Shown one piece after another: positions 22,118 to 33,272 of a stretch of DNA of 34,360 nucleotides. Every line of letters begins with the position of its first letter. Position 1 is the first letter of the stretch. Where the stretch lies: the NCBI GenBank assembly GCA_031420955.1, contig JANONT010000138.1, positions 1-34,360 of the forward strand, read 5' to 3'. Under the pieces are notes generated by a model, which had not been told where the DNA came from, did no database searches, and saw only the letters and a program-made list of their open reading frames with translations. The position numbers were made by a program, and so were the translations under genes. The stretch comes from Candidatus Nitrotoga sp. Its GTDB lineage: Bacteria > Pseudomonadota > Gammaproteobacteria > Burkholderiales > Gallionellaceae.

Positions 22118-22666
22118 ATGGCTTTGCGGCAACTGTTAGACAGCTTAGATTTCGCCTACGGCGGTAAGGAATTGCATGGCGAAGTGCCTTGGCTGGAATT
22201 GCCTCGGTTACGGGATGTGTTGGTAGATTCTGCCCATAACCATGCACAAAAGTTGAATTTCACCTTGCGTGGGTATCGGCATAAAAATGATAGCCCAATG
22301 CTAGCTCTTACTTTGAGCGGAGCATGTGAGTTGATCTGCCAGCGTTGTTTGCAAAAGTTTTTATACTCGGTCAATTTAACTCACTCGCTGTTGTTGGTAA
22401 CAGATGAAAAATTAAGTGATTTGGCGATTGAGGACGAGCCTGCGGAAGTAGACAGCATCGTCGCCAGCACCCATCTGGATGTGCTGGATTTATTGGAAGA
22501 AGAGTTTTTGCTGAGCTTGCCTTTTGCCCCTAAACATGCCGATGAGTCGTGTGAAAATCTGGCCGCACTGGGTGTGATGGATGCAAAAAATAAAGGTGTG
22601 GTAGAAGTAACAAAAGGCACTGAAAGAAATCCATTTGCGGCACTTGCTGGATTAAAATTGAAATAA
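22118..22666 (+). CDS. yceD: YceD/DUF177 23S rRNA accumulation protein
   Basis: CQRCL, EEFLLSLPFAPKH, NPFAALAGLK; upstream of rpmF; start uncertain because the ORF-track TTG is the -35 box. Confidence 0.88.
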   Translation: MALRQLLDSLDFAYGGKELHGEVPWLELPRLRDVLVDSAHNHAQKLNFTLRGYRHKNDSPMLALTLSGACELICQRCLQKFLYSVNLTHSLLLVTDEKLSDLAIEDEPAEVDSIVASTHLDVLDLLEEEFLLSLPFAPKHADESCENLAALGVMDAKNKGVVEVTKGTERNPFAALAGLKLK

Positions 22667-22693
22667 ATTATTGTAGTTTTGTAAGGAGTTAAC

Positions 22694-22873
22694 ATGGCTG
22701 TTCAACAAAATAAAAAGTCCCCATCTAAGCGCGGTATGCATCGTGCTCACGATTTTATCAAAGCTCCAACATTAGCCATTGAGCCATCCACAGGCGAAGC
22801 ACACCTGCGGCATCACATCAGCCCGACAGGTTACTATCGCGGCAAAAAAGTTGTTAAAGCAAAAGGCGATTAA
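22694..22873 (+). CDS. rpmF: 50S ribosomal protein L32 (absent from ORF track; cysteine-free form)
   Basis: Hand translation: [59 protein letters not shown]; AAGGAG RBS. Confidence 0.97.
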   Translation: MAVQQNKKSPSKRGMHRAHDFIKAPTLAIEPSTGEAHLRHHISPTGYYRGKKVVKAKGD

Positions 22874-22990
22874 TTCCGCCGCATTGATTTATCCGGCAAC
22901 AAATTATTGTGCTCAATTGGTTGGCGGCCAGTTGAGCATGGTTATGCTGTCCTTCTTATTTTTTAACATTCAAGTCACGAGGGTTACTCG

Positions 22991-24025
22991 GTGGATGTCA
23001 CAATAGCGATAGATGCTATGGGCGGCGATCATGGGGCGCACGTTACGGTTCCTGCCGCGCTGGAGTATTTGCAAAAACACCCCGATGACAACATTATTCT
23101 GGTTGGTTTGCCGGAAGCCATCGAGGCTGAATTACGTACTGCTAACGCATCCGTCGGGCCCCACTTACGCATTCATGCCGCGAGCGAAATCGTGGGGATG
23201 GATGAATCTCCGCAACTCGCCTTGCGAAATAAAAAAGACTCTTCCATGCGCGTGGCCATTAACATGGTTAAAAGCGGTGAGGCAATGGCCTGTGTGAGCG
23301 CGGGCAATACCGGTGCGTTGATGGCGACTGCGCGTTATGTATTGAAGATGCTGCCAGGGATAGATAGGCCTGCTATCGCTTCCTATTTGCCGACCATCAA
23401 AGGTCAGGTTTGCATGTTGGATTTGGGTGCTAATGTTGACTGCAACGCAGAGCATTTGCTCCAGTTTGCCTTGATGGGTACGGCTTTGGTGAGCGCGGTT
23501 GAACATAAAGATAAGCCGACAGTCGGCTTGTTAAACATCGGCAGCGAAGATATTAAAGGCACAGAAGTAGTTAAACAGGCGGCTGAATTATTGCGCCGCA
23601 GCGACCTGAATTTTTTCGGCAATGTTGAAGGCAACGATATTTTTAAGGGCGTAACCGATATTGTGGTGTGCGATGGTTTTGTCGGAAACGTCGCGCTAAA
23701 AACAACTGAAGGATTAGCGCAAATGTTGGGCGGATTTCTGCGGGAAGAATTTAGCCGCAATATATTCACGAAATTTGCAGCATTTGTAGCCATGCCTGTA
23801 TTAAAAAAATTTAAGCGACGGGTCGATCATCGTCGTTACAATGGTGCCAGTTTATTGGGTTTAAAGGGCATTGTTTTAAAAAGTCACGGCTCGGCAGATA
23901 AGCTGGCATTTCTCTGCGCCATTGAACGCGCCGCCGAAGAAGCGCGGGGCGGCATGTTGCATCACATCACCAGCCATCTTGAAGCTTGGCATATCAAACA
24001 AAATAACGCGGCAGGAGACTCCTGA
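22991..24025 (+). CDS. plsX: Phosphate acyltransferase PlsX
   Basis: [41 protein letters not shown]. Confidence 0.97.
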   Translation: MDVTIAIDAMGGDHGAHVTVPAALEYLQKHPDDNIILVGLPEAIEAELRTANASVGPHLRIHAASEIVGMDESPQLALRNKKDSSMRVAINMVKSGEAMACVSAGNTGALMATARYVLKMLPGIDRPAIASYLPTIKGQVCMLDLGANVDCNAEHLLQFALMGTALVSAVEHKDKPTVGLLNIGSEDIKGTEVVKQAAELLRRSDLNFFGNVEGNDIFKGVTDIVVCDGFVGNVALKTTEGLAQMLGGFLREEFSRNIFTKFAAFVAMPVLKKFKRRVDHRRYNGASLLGLKGIVLKSHGSADKLAFLCAIERAAEEARGGMLHHITSHLEAWHIKQNNAAGDS

Positions 24026-24981
24026 TGTATTCAAAAATTATTGGCACGGGCGGCTACCTTCCCGCAAAAATTTTAACAAACTTTGATTTAGAAAAAATAG
24101 TTGATACGTCACATGACTGGATATTTAGCCGCAGCGGCATTACTCAGCGACACATCGCGGATGAACAAGAAAGCACCAGCGATCTGGCTCTATACGCCAG
24201 CCGTCGCGCACTGGAAGCTGCTGGTATACGCGCAGATGAAATTGATTTAATCATCGTCGCCACTACTACCCCCGATCAAATATTCCCCAGCACCGCCTGC
24301 ATTCTGCAAGATAAATTAGGTAATAAACATGCCGCCGCATTCGATGTGCAAGCGGTGTGCAGTGGTTTTGTTTACGCGCTGAATACCGCTGATTTATTCA
24401 TTCGCAGCGGACAGGTGCGTAACGCTTTAGTGGTTGGCGCAGAAGTTTTATCGCGCATTTTGGATTGGAATGATCGCACCACTTGTGTGTTGTTTGGTGA
24501 CGGTGCGGGCGCAGTGGTATTGCAGTGCAGCGACACACCCGGCATCCTTTCTTCAAAATTACACGCGGATGGCAGCCAGCGCGAAATGCTCGCCGCTAAA
24601 GGCAGTATCCGCAATGGCGCGGTGCAAAACAATCCCTTCATCACGATGGATGGTAAAGGTGTGTTCAAGTTTGCAGTAACAGTATTGAGTGAAGTGGTGG
24701 AAGAGGTGCTGGCAGAAAACAAAATGACCCACGCCGATATTGACTGGCTGGTGCCACACCAAGCCAACGTCCGCATCATGGAAGCCACTGCCAAAAAACT
24801 GAATTTGAGTTTAGATAAAGTGGTAATTACCGTCGCGACACATGGCAATACTTCTGCTGCCTCTATTCCGCTGGCACTCGATACAGCCGTGCGCGATGGA
24901 CGCATTAAGGCTGGGCAGCATGTGTTATGCGAAGCCGTAGGCGGTGGATTCACCTGGGGTGCAGTATTGTTGAAGTGGTAA
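24025..24981 (+). CDS. fabH: Beta-ketoacyl-ACP synthase III
   Basis: [34 protein letters not shown]. Confidence 0.97.
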   Translation: MYSKIIGTGGYLPAKILTNFDLEKIVDTSHDWIFSRSGITQRHIADEQESTSDLALYASRRALEAAGIRADEIDLIIVATTTPDQIFPSTACILQDKLGNKHAAAFDVQAVCSGFVYALNTADLFIRSGQVRNALVVGAEVLSRILDWNDRTTCVLFGDGAGAVVLQCSDTPGILSSKLHADGSQREMLAAKGSIRNGAVQNNPFITMDGKGVFKFAVTVLSEVVEEVLAENKMTHADIDWLVPHQANVRIMEATAKKLNLSLDKVVITVATHGNTSAASIPLALDTAVRDGRIKAGQHVLCEAVGGGFTWGAVLLKW

Positions 24982-24987
24982 ATTTCT

Positions 24988-25150
24988 GGGCATTTCTAAA
25001 AATCCAACTTCTGTCGCTATACTGTGTTTTTCACAAAAAATCACCCTTAACACATAACACATAACACATATGCGTAGTCTCACAATTTATTCGCGCCTCA
25101 TCTATTGATAACTTGGTTTAGCTTGGCAATTTGAATTTTTAGGGACACCC
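24988..25150. mobile_element. MITE-like relic with degenerate terminal inverted repeats and an internal (TAACACA)3 repeat
   Basis: Left end GGGCATTTCTAAAAATCCAA vs reverse-complemented right end GGGTGTCCCTAAAAATTCAA (15/20); heptamer repeat at 25048-25068. Confidence 0.5.
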
Positions 25151-25180
25151 TTAATTAATGTTTATTTAATTAATGTTTAT
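25151..25180. repeat. Exact 15-bp tandem duplication
   Basis: TTAATTAATGTTTAT x2, directly upstream of fabD. Confidence 0.8.
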
Positions 25181-25192
25181 TTTTGAATAACG

Positions 25193-26131
25193 ATGAATAA
25201 ATTTGCATTTGTTTTTCCGGGGCAGGGCTCGCAGTCACGCGGCATGATGGAAGGCTACAGCGATTTCGCAGTGGTGCAGGACACCTTCGCTGAAGCGTCT
25301 GAAGTCCTCAAACAAGATTTATGGCAACTGGCCGCCGCAGGCACAGATGCGGAACTCAACGCAACAGTGAACACGCAACCGTTGATGCTCACCGCTGGCG
25401 TGGCGGTGTTTCGCGCTTGGCAAAATTCGCAAGCCCCCATGCCGCACATGCTTGCTGGACATAGCTTGGGCGAATACAGCGCGTTGGTAGCCAGCGGTGC
25501 TTTACGCTTTGCGGATGCCCTGCCCTTAGTTCGCTATCGCGCCGAATGTATGCAGCAGGCTGTACCAGAAGGAATGGGCGGCATTGCAGCCATACTGGGT
25601 TTGGATGACGACGCAGTACGTGCCGTGTGTGCCGAAGCGGCGCAGCAAGAAGTGTTGGAAGCGGTTAATTTTAATACCCCTGGACAAGTCGTTATTGCCG
25701 GTAATCGTGCCGCAGTAGAACGCGGTATGGAACTAGCCAAAGCGCGTGGTGCAAAACGTGCGGTGATGCTGCCGATGAGCGTGCCGTCGCATTGCAGTTT
25801 GCTTCGCGGCGCAGCAGAAAAATTACGTCAATATTTGCAAAGCATTCCCTTCCGAACTCCAAGTATTCCTGTCATCCATAACGCGGATGTGGCGAGCTAC
25901 GCCGATACCGCCGCCATTAAAGACGCATTGGTGCGACAACTGTATTTCCCCGTGCGCTGGGTCGAAACAATCCAATATTTTGGGAAACAAGACATCACAC
26001 ATAATGTCGAGTGCGCGCCGGGTCGCGTGTTAGTTGGGTTGAACAAGCGCATCGACACAAATCAACAAGCGTTGGCATTGCCTGACAATGCTTCTTTTAA
26101 AACTGTTTTAACCGCTTTAACGGGGGAATAA
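25193..26131 (+). CDS. fabD: Malonyl CoA-ACP transacylase
   Basis: FPGQGSQ, TQP, GHSLGEY, SVPSHC. Confidence 0.97.
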   Translation: MNKFAFVFPGQGSQSRGMMEGYSDFAVVQDTFAEASEVLKQDLWQLAAAGTDAELNATVNTQPLMLTAGVAVFRAWQNSQAPMPHMLAGHSLGEYSALVASGALRFADALPLVRYRAECMQQAVPEGMGGIAAILGLDDDAVRAVCAEAAQQEVLEAVNFNTPGQVVIAGNRAAVERGMELAKARGAKRAVMLPMSVPSHCSLLRGAAEKLRQYLQSIPFRTPSIPVIHNADVASYADTAAIKDALVRQLYFPVRWVETIQYFGKQDITHNVECAPGRVLVGLNKRIDTNQQALALPDNASFKTVLTALTGE

Positions 26132-26132
26132 A

Positions 26133-26876
26133 ATGAGCTTACAAGGACAAATCGCACTGGTAACCGGAGCAAGCCGTGGCATCGGGCGGGGCATCGCGCT
26201 GGAGCTGGGCAAACAAGGCGCAGTGGTGATCGGCACCGCCACCACACAAAAAGGCGCGGATGCCATCAGCGAATACATGAGTGCTGCTGATATTACAGGT
26301 TGCGGCCTGACATTGAATGTACTCGACGCAATGCAAATTGAGCAGATGCTCGGTACGATTAAAAGTAAATATGGCGAAGTCTCTATTCTTGTAAATAATG
26401 CTGGGATCACCCGCGACAACCTGCTGGTGCGTATGAGCGAAGAAGAATGGGATGACGTGCTGGCCACCAACTTAAAATCTGTTTTTCGCTTGAGCCGTGC
26501 CGTGCTGAGACCCATGATGAAAGCGCGCCAAGGGCGCATCATTAACATCTCTTCGGTGATCGGTAGCACGGGTAATCCTGGGCAGGCCAATTATGCCGCT
26601 TCCAAAGCGGGGTTGATGGGCTTTAGCAAATCGTTGGCGCGTGAAATTGGCAGCCGCAGCATCACTGTCAATTGTATCGCACCAGGATTTATCGAAACCG
26701 ACATGACTGAAGCCCTAACCGCAGAGCAACGTGAGAAGTTATTGCAGGATGTGCCGCTGCAACGCCTAGGTCAAGTGGCAGATATTGCCGCAGCGGTGAT
26801 ATTTTTAGCAGGCACTGGTGCGTCATATATAACCGGCACAACTTTGCATGTTAATGGCGGTTTGCACATGGATTAG
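26133..26876 (+). CDS. fabG: 3-oxoacyl-ACP reductase
   Basis: TGASRGIG, NNAGITRD, NYAASK, PGFIETDMT. Confidence 0.97.
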   Translation: MSLQGQIALVTGASRGIGRGIALELGKQGAVVIGTATTQKGADAISEYMSAADITGCGLTLNVLDAMQIEQMLGTIKSKYGEVSILVNNAGITRDNLLVRMSEEEWDDVLATNLKSVFRLSRAVLRPMMKARQGRIINISSVIGSTGNPGQANYAASKAGLMGFSKSLAREIGSRSITVNCIAPGFIETDMTEALTAEQREKLLQDVPLQRLGQVADIAAAVIFLAGTGASYITGTTLHVNGGLHMD

Positions 26877-27031
26877 TGCTTAACTCCGCTCAATTGTTAT
26901 CAACGCAACCAAAATTTATATTTTAAATCTTATTGCCCACCCGCTGCATAACAATTATTTGTTGGGGAATTAAAGCAAGTTTGATAGAATGCCGCAGCTT
27001 TTTGAACTTTAACCACTGTAGGGAGAGTTAC

Positions 27032-27268
27032 ATGTCTAGTATTGAACAACGTGTCAAAAAAATCGTCGCCGAGCAACTGGGTGTAAATGAATCTGAAGTT
27101 AAAAACGAGTCTTCCTTTGTGAATGATTTGGGTGCTGATTCCTTGGATACCGTTGAATTGGTTATGGCTTTGGAAGAAGAATTTGAATGCGAAATTCCGG
27201 ATGAGGCCGCAGAAAAAATCACCACCGTGCAGCAGGCTATTGATTACGTCAATGCCAACCCGAAGTAA
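27032..27268 (+). CDS. acpP: Acyl carrier protein
   Basis: [20 protein letters not shown]; GGGAG RBS before ATG 27032. Confidence 0.98.
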   Translation: MSSIEQRVKKIVAEQLGVNESEVKNESSFVNDLGADSLDTVELVMALEEEFECEIPDEAAEKITTVQQAIDYVNANPK

Positions 27269-27303
27269 CTTCATCCCCCCTCTTTTAATACAAGCAGATC
27301 TCC

Positions 27304-28554
27304 GTGAATCCAAGCTCAACGAAGCGTAGAGTGGTTGTAACTGGCATGGGGATTGTTTCCCCGGTTGGTACCGGCATTCCCCAAGCGTGGCAAAACATTG
27401 TTGACGGTAAGTCGGGCATCACCCGCGTTACCCGATTTGATGCCAGCCCTGTTGCTTCCCAGATAGCGGGCGAGGTTAAAAACTTTGATGTCACCCAATA
27501 TCTGTCTGCTAAAGAGGCACGGCGTATGGATATTTTCATCCATTACGGCTTGGTAGCTGGCATGGAGGCGGTGAAAGATGCAGGACTAGAGGTCACCGAG
27601 CAAAACGCCGAGCGCATCGGTGTAAATATTGGCTCTGGCATAGGTGGTTTGCCGATGATTGAAGATACGCATAACGATTATTTGGCCGGCGGCGCACGTA
27701 AAATTTCGCCGTTCTTTATTCCCGGCACGATTATTAACATGATCTCCGGCAATTTGTCGATTATGTACGGATTTAAGGGCCCTAATTTGGCGATGGTGAC
27801 GGCCTGCACCACTGCGGCTCACTGTATTGGCGAATCTGCACGCATCATCGAATATGGAGATGCCGATGTCATGGTTGCCGGTGGTTCGGAGTCGTGCATT
27901 TCAGTGCTGGCGATGGGTGGATTTTCTTCAGCGCGCGCGCTGTCTACGCGAAATGATGATCCCACCACTGCTAGCCGCCCGTGGGACAAAGGTCGCGATG
28001 GATTTGTTATGGGTGAGGGGGCAGGCGTAGTGGTGCTAGAAGAATATGAACACGCCAAAGCCCGTGGTGCAAAAATTTACGCCGAAGTGGCGGGCTACGG
28101 CATGAGTGCCGATGCCTACCACATGACTGCACCCAGTGAAAACGGCGAAGGCGCGGCGCGCTGTATGCGTAATGCCTTACGCAATGCTGGGTTAAATGTG
28201 GATCAAGTGGACTATATTAACGCGCACGGCACGTCCACTCCGCTGGGCGACTTAGCCGAAACAATGGCGATGAAGCTATGTCTGGGCGAGCATGCTAAAA
28301 AGGTGAAGGTCAGCTCGACCAAGTCTATGACAGGTCATCTGCTGGGTGCTGCGGGTGGAGTCGAAGCCATATTTTCCATATTGGGTATTTATCACCAAAT
28401 TGCGCCCCCCACTATCAATTTGCATGAACCCAGTGAAGGATGTGACTTGGATTACGTTGCCAATACTGCGCGCAAAATGAAAATGGATGTGGCTATGTCA
28501 AATTCATTTGGTTTTGGTGGAACAAACGGCTCCTTGGTTTTTCGTAAAATTTAA
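27304..28554 (+). CDS. fabF: Beta-ketoacyl-ACP synthase II
   Basis: [41 protein letters not shown]. Confidence 0.97.
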   Translation: MNPSSTKRRVVVTGMGIVSPVGTGIPQAWQNIVDGKSGITRVTRFDASPVASQIAGEVKNFDVTQYLSAKEARRMDIFIHYGLVAGMEAVKDAGLEVTEQNAERIGVNIGSGIGGLPMIEDTHNDYLAGGARKISPFFIPGTIINMISGNLSIMYGFKGPNLAMVTACTTAAHCIGESARIIEYGDADVMVAGGSESCISVLAMGGFSSARALSTRNDDPTTASRPWDKGRDGFVMGEGAGVVVLEEYEHAKARGAKIYAEVAGYGMSADAYHMTAPSENGEGAARCMRNALRNAGLNVDQVDYINAHGTSTPLGDLAETMAMKLCLGEHAKKVKVSSTKSMTGHLLGAAGGVEAIFSILGIYHQIAPPTINLHEPSEGCDLDYVANTARKMKMDVAMSNSFGFGGTNGSLVFRKI

Positions 28555-28562
28555 CCGCTGGC

Positions 28563-29420
28563 ATGGAATCTACCATGCACATAGTCAATGGCAATCTAGT
28601 CAACCAAATGCTGGCAGATCATGTGTCAGCAGGGCAATTTAGCGTCCATGATCGCGGGTTGCTCTATGGTGATGGCGTGTTTCGCACCATGCGTGCATCT
28701 GCTGGACAAATCCTCCATTGGTCTCGGCACTATCAAAAATTACAGCAAGACTGTATCCGCTTAAACATCGCCTGTCCCAGTGCTGTCTTGCTCGGCGAAG
28801 AAATGCAGTCGTTGTTGCAACAACATCCCAACGGCGTAGCCAAAATCATTATTACCAGAGGCTCGCAAACTGAGCGGGGTTATCGTCCCACGCCCAATGC
28901 CGTACCCACACGCATTCTAAGTGTATTCCCATTACATCCCTACCCAGAAACGTTCTACACGCAAGGTATTAAGCTACGGGTCTGCCAGCTACGCTTGGCG
29001 CACCAACCCCGGCTTGCTGGAATCAAGCATTTAAACCGACTTGAAAATGTCTTGGCAGCAGCAGAATGGAACGATGCTGAGATTGCCGAAGGAGTAATGT
29101 TGGATATGACAGATAATGTCATTGAAGGCACGCGCAGCAACCTTTTTGTGGTACATGCAGACATCCTATATACACCTAGCTTGGCTTATTGCGGCGTGGC
29201 TGGGGTGCAGCGCGATAGAGTAATGGAGTGGGCAGCCAAGCATGGCTTAACATGCAAAATTGAGCAGTTCAGCTTAACCAAGTTATGGGCGGCAGATGAA
29301 GTATTTTTAGTCAATAGCCTCATTGGGTTGTGGCCAGTACGCGAGTTACAAGCAAAAACTTGGAGCCAATTCCCAGTTAGTCGGCAAATACAAAAATGGT
29401 TGAGTTATGCTGACAATTAA
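28563..29420 (+). CDS. pabC: Aminodeoxychorismate lyase
   Basis: DRGLLYGDGVF, LAGIKHLNRLENVL, EGTRSNLF, GVAGVQR, NSL; fabF-pabC-mltG order. Confidence 0.93.
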   Translation: MESTMHIVNGNLVNQMLADHVSAGQFSVHDRGLLYGDGVFRTMRASAGQILHWSRHYQKLQQDCIRLNIACPSAVLLGEEMQSLLQQHPNGVAKIIITRGSQTERGYRPTPNAVPTRILSVFPLHPYPETFYTQGIKLRVCQLRLAHQPRLAGIKHLNRLENVLAAAEWNDAEIAEGVMLDMTDNVIEGTRSNLFVVHADILYTPSLAYCGVAGVQRDRVMEWAAKHGLTCKIEQFSLTKLWAADEVFLVNSLIGLWPVRELQAKTWSQFPVSRQIQKWLSYADN

Positions 29421-30402
29421 ACGCATATTATTGATTTTATGTGTATTTTTTATATTTCTGGCAGGCGTGATTGGCTATCTGGCCGCCCGCCCGCTAACCC
29501 TTGCTAACTTGCCTATAGCATTTACGCTAGGCAAGGGTAGCAGCTTGAGCGGCGTTACCCAGCAGTTACAAACAATGGGGATTCTTAATAATGAAACAGA
29601 TGGACACGTATTCACCCTAGTGGGGCGCGTACTGGGTTTGTCCACCCAAATTAAAGCCGGACGTTACAAAATCAAGGACACGCCTTCCATATTAGGATTA
29701 CTGCAACTTCTTAACAAAGGTCAGGTGGCGGAAGCTCAGATTAGCATTATAGAAGGATGGACATTCAATCAGTTGAGAGATGTTTTAAATGTACATCCTG
29801 ATGTTCGGCATGACACATTGGGCATGAGCAATAAGGGTATTTTGCAACGACTCGGTGTATTAGAAAGCCATGCTGAAGGATTATTTTTCCCGGATACCTA
29901 TTATTTTACTAGTGGAGCTAGTGATTTGGTTGTATTGCAACAAGCCCAACAAACCATGCAAAGACACTTAAATAAGAGTTGGATGATGCGTGCACCTAAT
30001 TTGCCCTTGAAAACACCTTATCAAGCACTGATTCTTGCTTCAATTGTAGAGAAAGAAACAGGGCAGGCGAGTGACCGTGCCATGATTGCCGGCGTTTTTC
30101 TTAACCGATTGAAAATAGGAATGAAATTGCAAACAGACCCTACTGTTATTTACGGCATAGGGGCGACATTTGACGGGAATTTGCGCCGTCGCGACTTGTT
30201 AAAAGACACACCCTACAACACTTACACCCGTTATGGCTTGCCGCCCACGCCCATTGCTCTACCTGGGTTGGCAGCATTGCAGGCAGTCACCCAACCTGCT
30301 GCGACTGAAGCCTTATATTTTGTGGCGCGAGGTGACGGCAGCTCAGAGTTTTCAAAATTGCTGCGCGATCACAACAACGCAGTGAATCGCTATCAAAAAT
30401 GA
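29407..30402 (+). CDS. mltG: Endolytic transglycosylase MltG
   Basis: [44 protein letters not shown]. Confidence 0.95.
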   Translation: MLTIKRILLILCVFFIFLAGVIGYLAARPLTLANLPIAFTLGKGSSLSGVTQQLQTMGILNNETDGHVFTLVGRVLGLSTQIKAGRYKIKDTPSILGLLQLLNKGQVAEAQISIIEGWTFNQLRDVLNVHPDVRHDTLGMSNKGILQRLGVLESHAEGLFFPDTYYFTSGASDLVVLQQAQQTMQRHLNKSWMMRAPNLPLKTPYQALILASIVEKETGQASDRAMIAGVFLNRLKIGMKLQTDPTVIYGIGATFDGNLRRRDLLKDTPYNTYTRYGLPPTPIALPGLAALQAVTQPAATEALYFVARGDGSSEFSKLLRDHNNAVNRYQK

Positions 30403-31022
30403 ACCCAAAAATGGCTAAGCCAAAATTTATTACATTTGAAGGCATAGATGGCGCGGGCAAAAGTACCCACATCGCTTGGTTTGCTGAAATCTTGCGGCAG
30501 CGCGGAATTAAGGTGCTACTTACCCGCGAGCCAGGCGGCACGCCCTTGGGTGAAAGTCTACGAGAAATCTTATTAAATCATCCCATGCATCCTGAAACTG
30601 AGGCCATGCTGATGTTTGCCGCCCGCCTAGAGCACGTAGAACAGGTGATTAAACCCGCTTTGGCGCAAGAAACTTGGGTGATTTCGGATCGTTTCAGCGA
30701 TGCCAGTTTTGCTTATCAAGGCGGGGGCAGGGGGGTGAATATGGAAAAATTGGCGCAGCTTGAGCACTGGGTGCATGCTGATCTGCAACCGGATTTGACC
30801 CTGTTGTTTGACTTACCTGTAGAAGTGGCGCGGCAACGCCTATCGAATAACTTAATCTTAGACCGCTTCGAGCAAGAAAGAAGCAATTTTTTTGAGCGTG
30901 TTAGGCAAGCATATTTAACGCGTTACCAGCGAAATCTGCAGCGTTTCGCCTTAATTGATGCCACCCGCACGCCAGATGAAGTTAAAGAAATACTTGAGAA
31001 AGTCATTTCAACCAATTGTTAA
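30399..31022 (+). CDS. tmk: Thymidylate kinase
   Basis: [31 protein letters not shown]. Confidence 0.96.
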   Translation: MNPKMAKPKFITFEGIDGAGKSTHIAWFAEILRQRGIKVLLTREPGGTPLGESLREILLNHPMHPETEAMLMFAARLEHVEQVIKPALAQETWVISDRFSDASFAYQGGGRGVNMEKLAQLEHWVHADLQPDLTLLFDLPVEVARQRLSNNLILDRFEQERSNFFERVRQAYLTRYQRNLQRFALIDATRTPDEVKEILEKVISTNC

Positions 31023-31031
31023 TTAAATAAA

Positions 31032-32042
31032 ATGACGGAGCTATATCCTTGGCAAAATGAATTGTGGGCACGCTGGAACGCGTTACGCATTCGTATGCCC
31101 CAAGCCTTGCTATTAAAAGGGGCAGAGGGGGTGGGAAAATTTGACTTTGCCATGAATGTTGCCCAGTCTCTATTGTGCGAGCACGCTCAGGAGGGCTCAG
31201 TAGCTTGCCAAAATTGCCCTGCCTGCCATTGGTTTAGCCAACAATCCCACCCCGACTTTCGGCTGATTCAATCAGCAGCATTATCAGCCAATGAGGACGA
31301 AAAAGAAGGCGATAAAAAACCAGCCAAGCAAATTACTGTTGAACAAATTAGGGCTTTATCAAACTTTGCCAGCCTTTCTGCACATCAAGGTAGCCATCGG
31401 GTAGCATTGATTCATCCTGCTGAATCAATGAGCAATAATGCCGCAAATGCGTTGCTTAAAATCCTTGAAGAACCACCTAATAAAATGCTGATTATATTAA
31501 TCAGCCACAAGCCGCAATGGTTATTACCCACCATTCGCAGTCGTTGCCTGAGTTTTGCCGCACCACTACCTAAACTGGAAGTTTCCACATCTTGGCTGCA
31601 AAAACAAAATGTTAACAATCCTCAAGCATTGCTTGCTCAAACAGGCTTTGCCCCGCTGCTCGCTTTGCGCTTGGCCGAGGAAGATGCACAATCTATCGAG
31701 CAATATCAAAATGTTATGTGCGCCATGACGCAGCCAGAAAAGATGGACATTTATATCTTGGCAGAACAGCTCAAAAATATTGAGCCTGCCAAATTAATCA
31801 ATTGGTTACAACAATGGTGTCATGATCTCGCCAATGCCAAGCTCACAGGAAATATCCGCTATTTTGCAGAGTATGCCGATTCAATTCATACCTTGTCGAG
31901 CAAGGTAAACGTGCATAACTTATTAAATTATCAATCAAAATTGATAATTGCTAGAAGAGAGGCCACGCACCCGCTCAACCCCAAGCTGCTGTATGAATCC
32001 ATTTTGCTGGCTTACCAGCAAACCATGCTGAAAACCGCATAA
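31032..32042 (+). CDS. holB: DNA polymerase III delta' subunit
   Basis: YPWQ, CQNCPAC, HPDF, AANALLKILEEP, PTIRSRC. Confidence 0.95.
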   Translation: MTELYPWQNELWARWNALRIRMPQALLLKGAEGVGKFDFAMNVAQSLLCEHAQEGSVACQNCPACHWFSQQSHPDFRLIQSAALSANEDEKEGDKKPAKQITVEQIRALSNFASLSAHQGSHRVALIHPAESMSNNAANALLKILEEPPNKMLIILISHKPQWLLPTIRSRCLSFAAPLPKLEVSTSWLQKQNVNNPQALLAQTGFAPLLALRLAEEDAQSIEQYQNVMCAMTQPEKMDIYILAEQLKNIEPAKLINWLQQWCHDLANAKLTGNIRYFAEYADSIHTLSSKVNVHNLLNYQSKLIIARREATHPLNPKLLYESILLAYQQTMLKTA

Positions 32043-32806
32043 TGTTTATCGACTCGCATTGCCACATTAATTTTGCAGAGCTGGCAGAGCGCATGGACGA
32101 GGTTTTGGACAATATGCGCCAAAACCAAGTTACGCACGCTTTATGTGTCTCGGTTAATCTTGAAAGTTTTTATCAGGTACAAGAGCTTGCAGAAAAATAT
32201 CCGCATATTTACGCTTCTGTAGGTGTGCATCCAGACCATGAATCTGAGACCGAACCAACAGTAGAAAAGCTAATGCGGCTAGCTCAGCACCCTAAAGTTG
32301 TGGCAATTGGCGAAACAGGGCTAGATTACTTCAGGCTTAAAGGTGATCTAGAGTGGCAGAGGGAACGCTTTCGCACCCACATACGTGCAGCTAAAGCTTG
32401 TTTCAAGCCATTGATTATACACACGCGTGAATCTGCTGTAGATACGCTGCGTATCATGGCTGAAGAAGGGGCGGCTGAAATTGGCGGGGTGATGCATTGT
32501 TTCACTGAAACGCTGGACGTTGCACTGGCTGCGATCGATATGAACTTCTACATCTCATTTTCAGGCATCGTTACTTTTAAAAATGCAAATATTATTAAAG
32601 AAGTAGCGAAAAAAATTCCGCTAGAGCGCATGCTGATTGAAACAGATTCCCCATATTTAGCTCCTGTGCCATTTCGTGGCAAGCTTAATCAACCTGCCTA
32701 TGTGAAACACGTAGCAGAGGAGATTGCCAATCTTCGTGGAATTTCAGCTATTGAAGTTGGACAAGTTACTTCAAACAACTTTAATTCATTGTTTTTATTT
32801 AAATAA
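32042..32806 (+). CDS. tatD: TatD-family deoxyribonuclease (YcfH-like)
   Basis: DSHCH, GVHP, IGETGLDY, IIHTRE, MHCF, ETDSPYLAP. Confidence 0.95.
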   Translation: MFIDSHCHINFAELAERMDEVLDNMRQNQVTHALCVSVNLESFYQVQELAEKYPHIYASVGVHPDHESETEPTVEKLMRLAQHPKVVAIGETGLDYFRLKGDLEWQRERFRTHIRAAKACFKPLIIHTRESAVDTLRIMAEEGAAEIGGVMHCFTETLDVALAAIDMNFYISFSGIVTFKNANIIKEVAKKIPLERMLIETDSPYLAPVPFRGKLNQPAYVKHVAEEIANLRGISAIEVGQVTSNNFNSLFLFK

Positions 32807-32872
32807 TTAATTGTTATTATTGAAATAAAAGTTATTTATTCCAAAGTGTATGCCAGCAATCAAATCCCCAAT

Positions 32873-32900
32873 ACTTCGCATAATGTATATTATGTCAAAT
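32873..32900 (+). other. dif: dif site (XerC/XerD recombination site)
   Basis: ACTTCGCATAA-TGTATA-TTATGTCAAAT vs E. coli dif GGTGCGCATAA-TGTATA-TTATGTTAAAT. Confidence 0.93.
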
Positions 32901-32990
32901 TGGAATTTATGGATGGTTATCTATTTTTATCAGCGGCTTGCTTGTTGTTGTTTACACTCTTTCGCTTTTACATAACAAGGAAAAGCCCCA

Positions 32991-33272
32991 ATGACTCCCC
33001 ACCCCCGTGACTTGTTCGGCGAAGTGCCCGTGACCGTGGAGGATTTATATTTGTGGTGCGCGGTGATCGCGCCGCGCATTGCGCCCCGGCATTTGGATTA
33101 TTACATCAAGTATTGGGACGTGGCCGGAAAAATCCGCGCTTCTAAAATAGATGGATACTTCGACACACTTGAGGCGGAATTAGCCGAACGCACCCGCCGC
33201 ACCGAGCGCAGCATCGCCCCGCAGCATCGCTTGAGCCATTTGTACGAGCTCAGGCTGTCAGATCTTCCCTAA
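32991..33272 (+). CDS. Hypothetical 93-aa protein next to dif
   Basis: AAGGA RBS upstream; first ORF inside the element; no family recognised. Confidence 0.65.
   Translation: MTPHPRDLFGEVPVTVEDLYLWCAVIAPRIAPRHLDYYIKYWDVAGKIRASKIDGYFDTLEAELAERTRRTERSIAPQHRLSHLYELRLSDLP

Noticed and set aside
22779-23006. 75-aa ORF between yceD and plsX
   Set aside because: Out-of-frame overlap with the real gene rpmF (22694-22873)
32030-32050. No pilZ between holB and tatD (TAATG overlap)
   Set aside because: Direct holB-tatD adjacency is common, as in E. coli holB-ycfH
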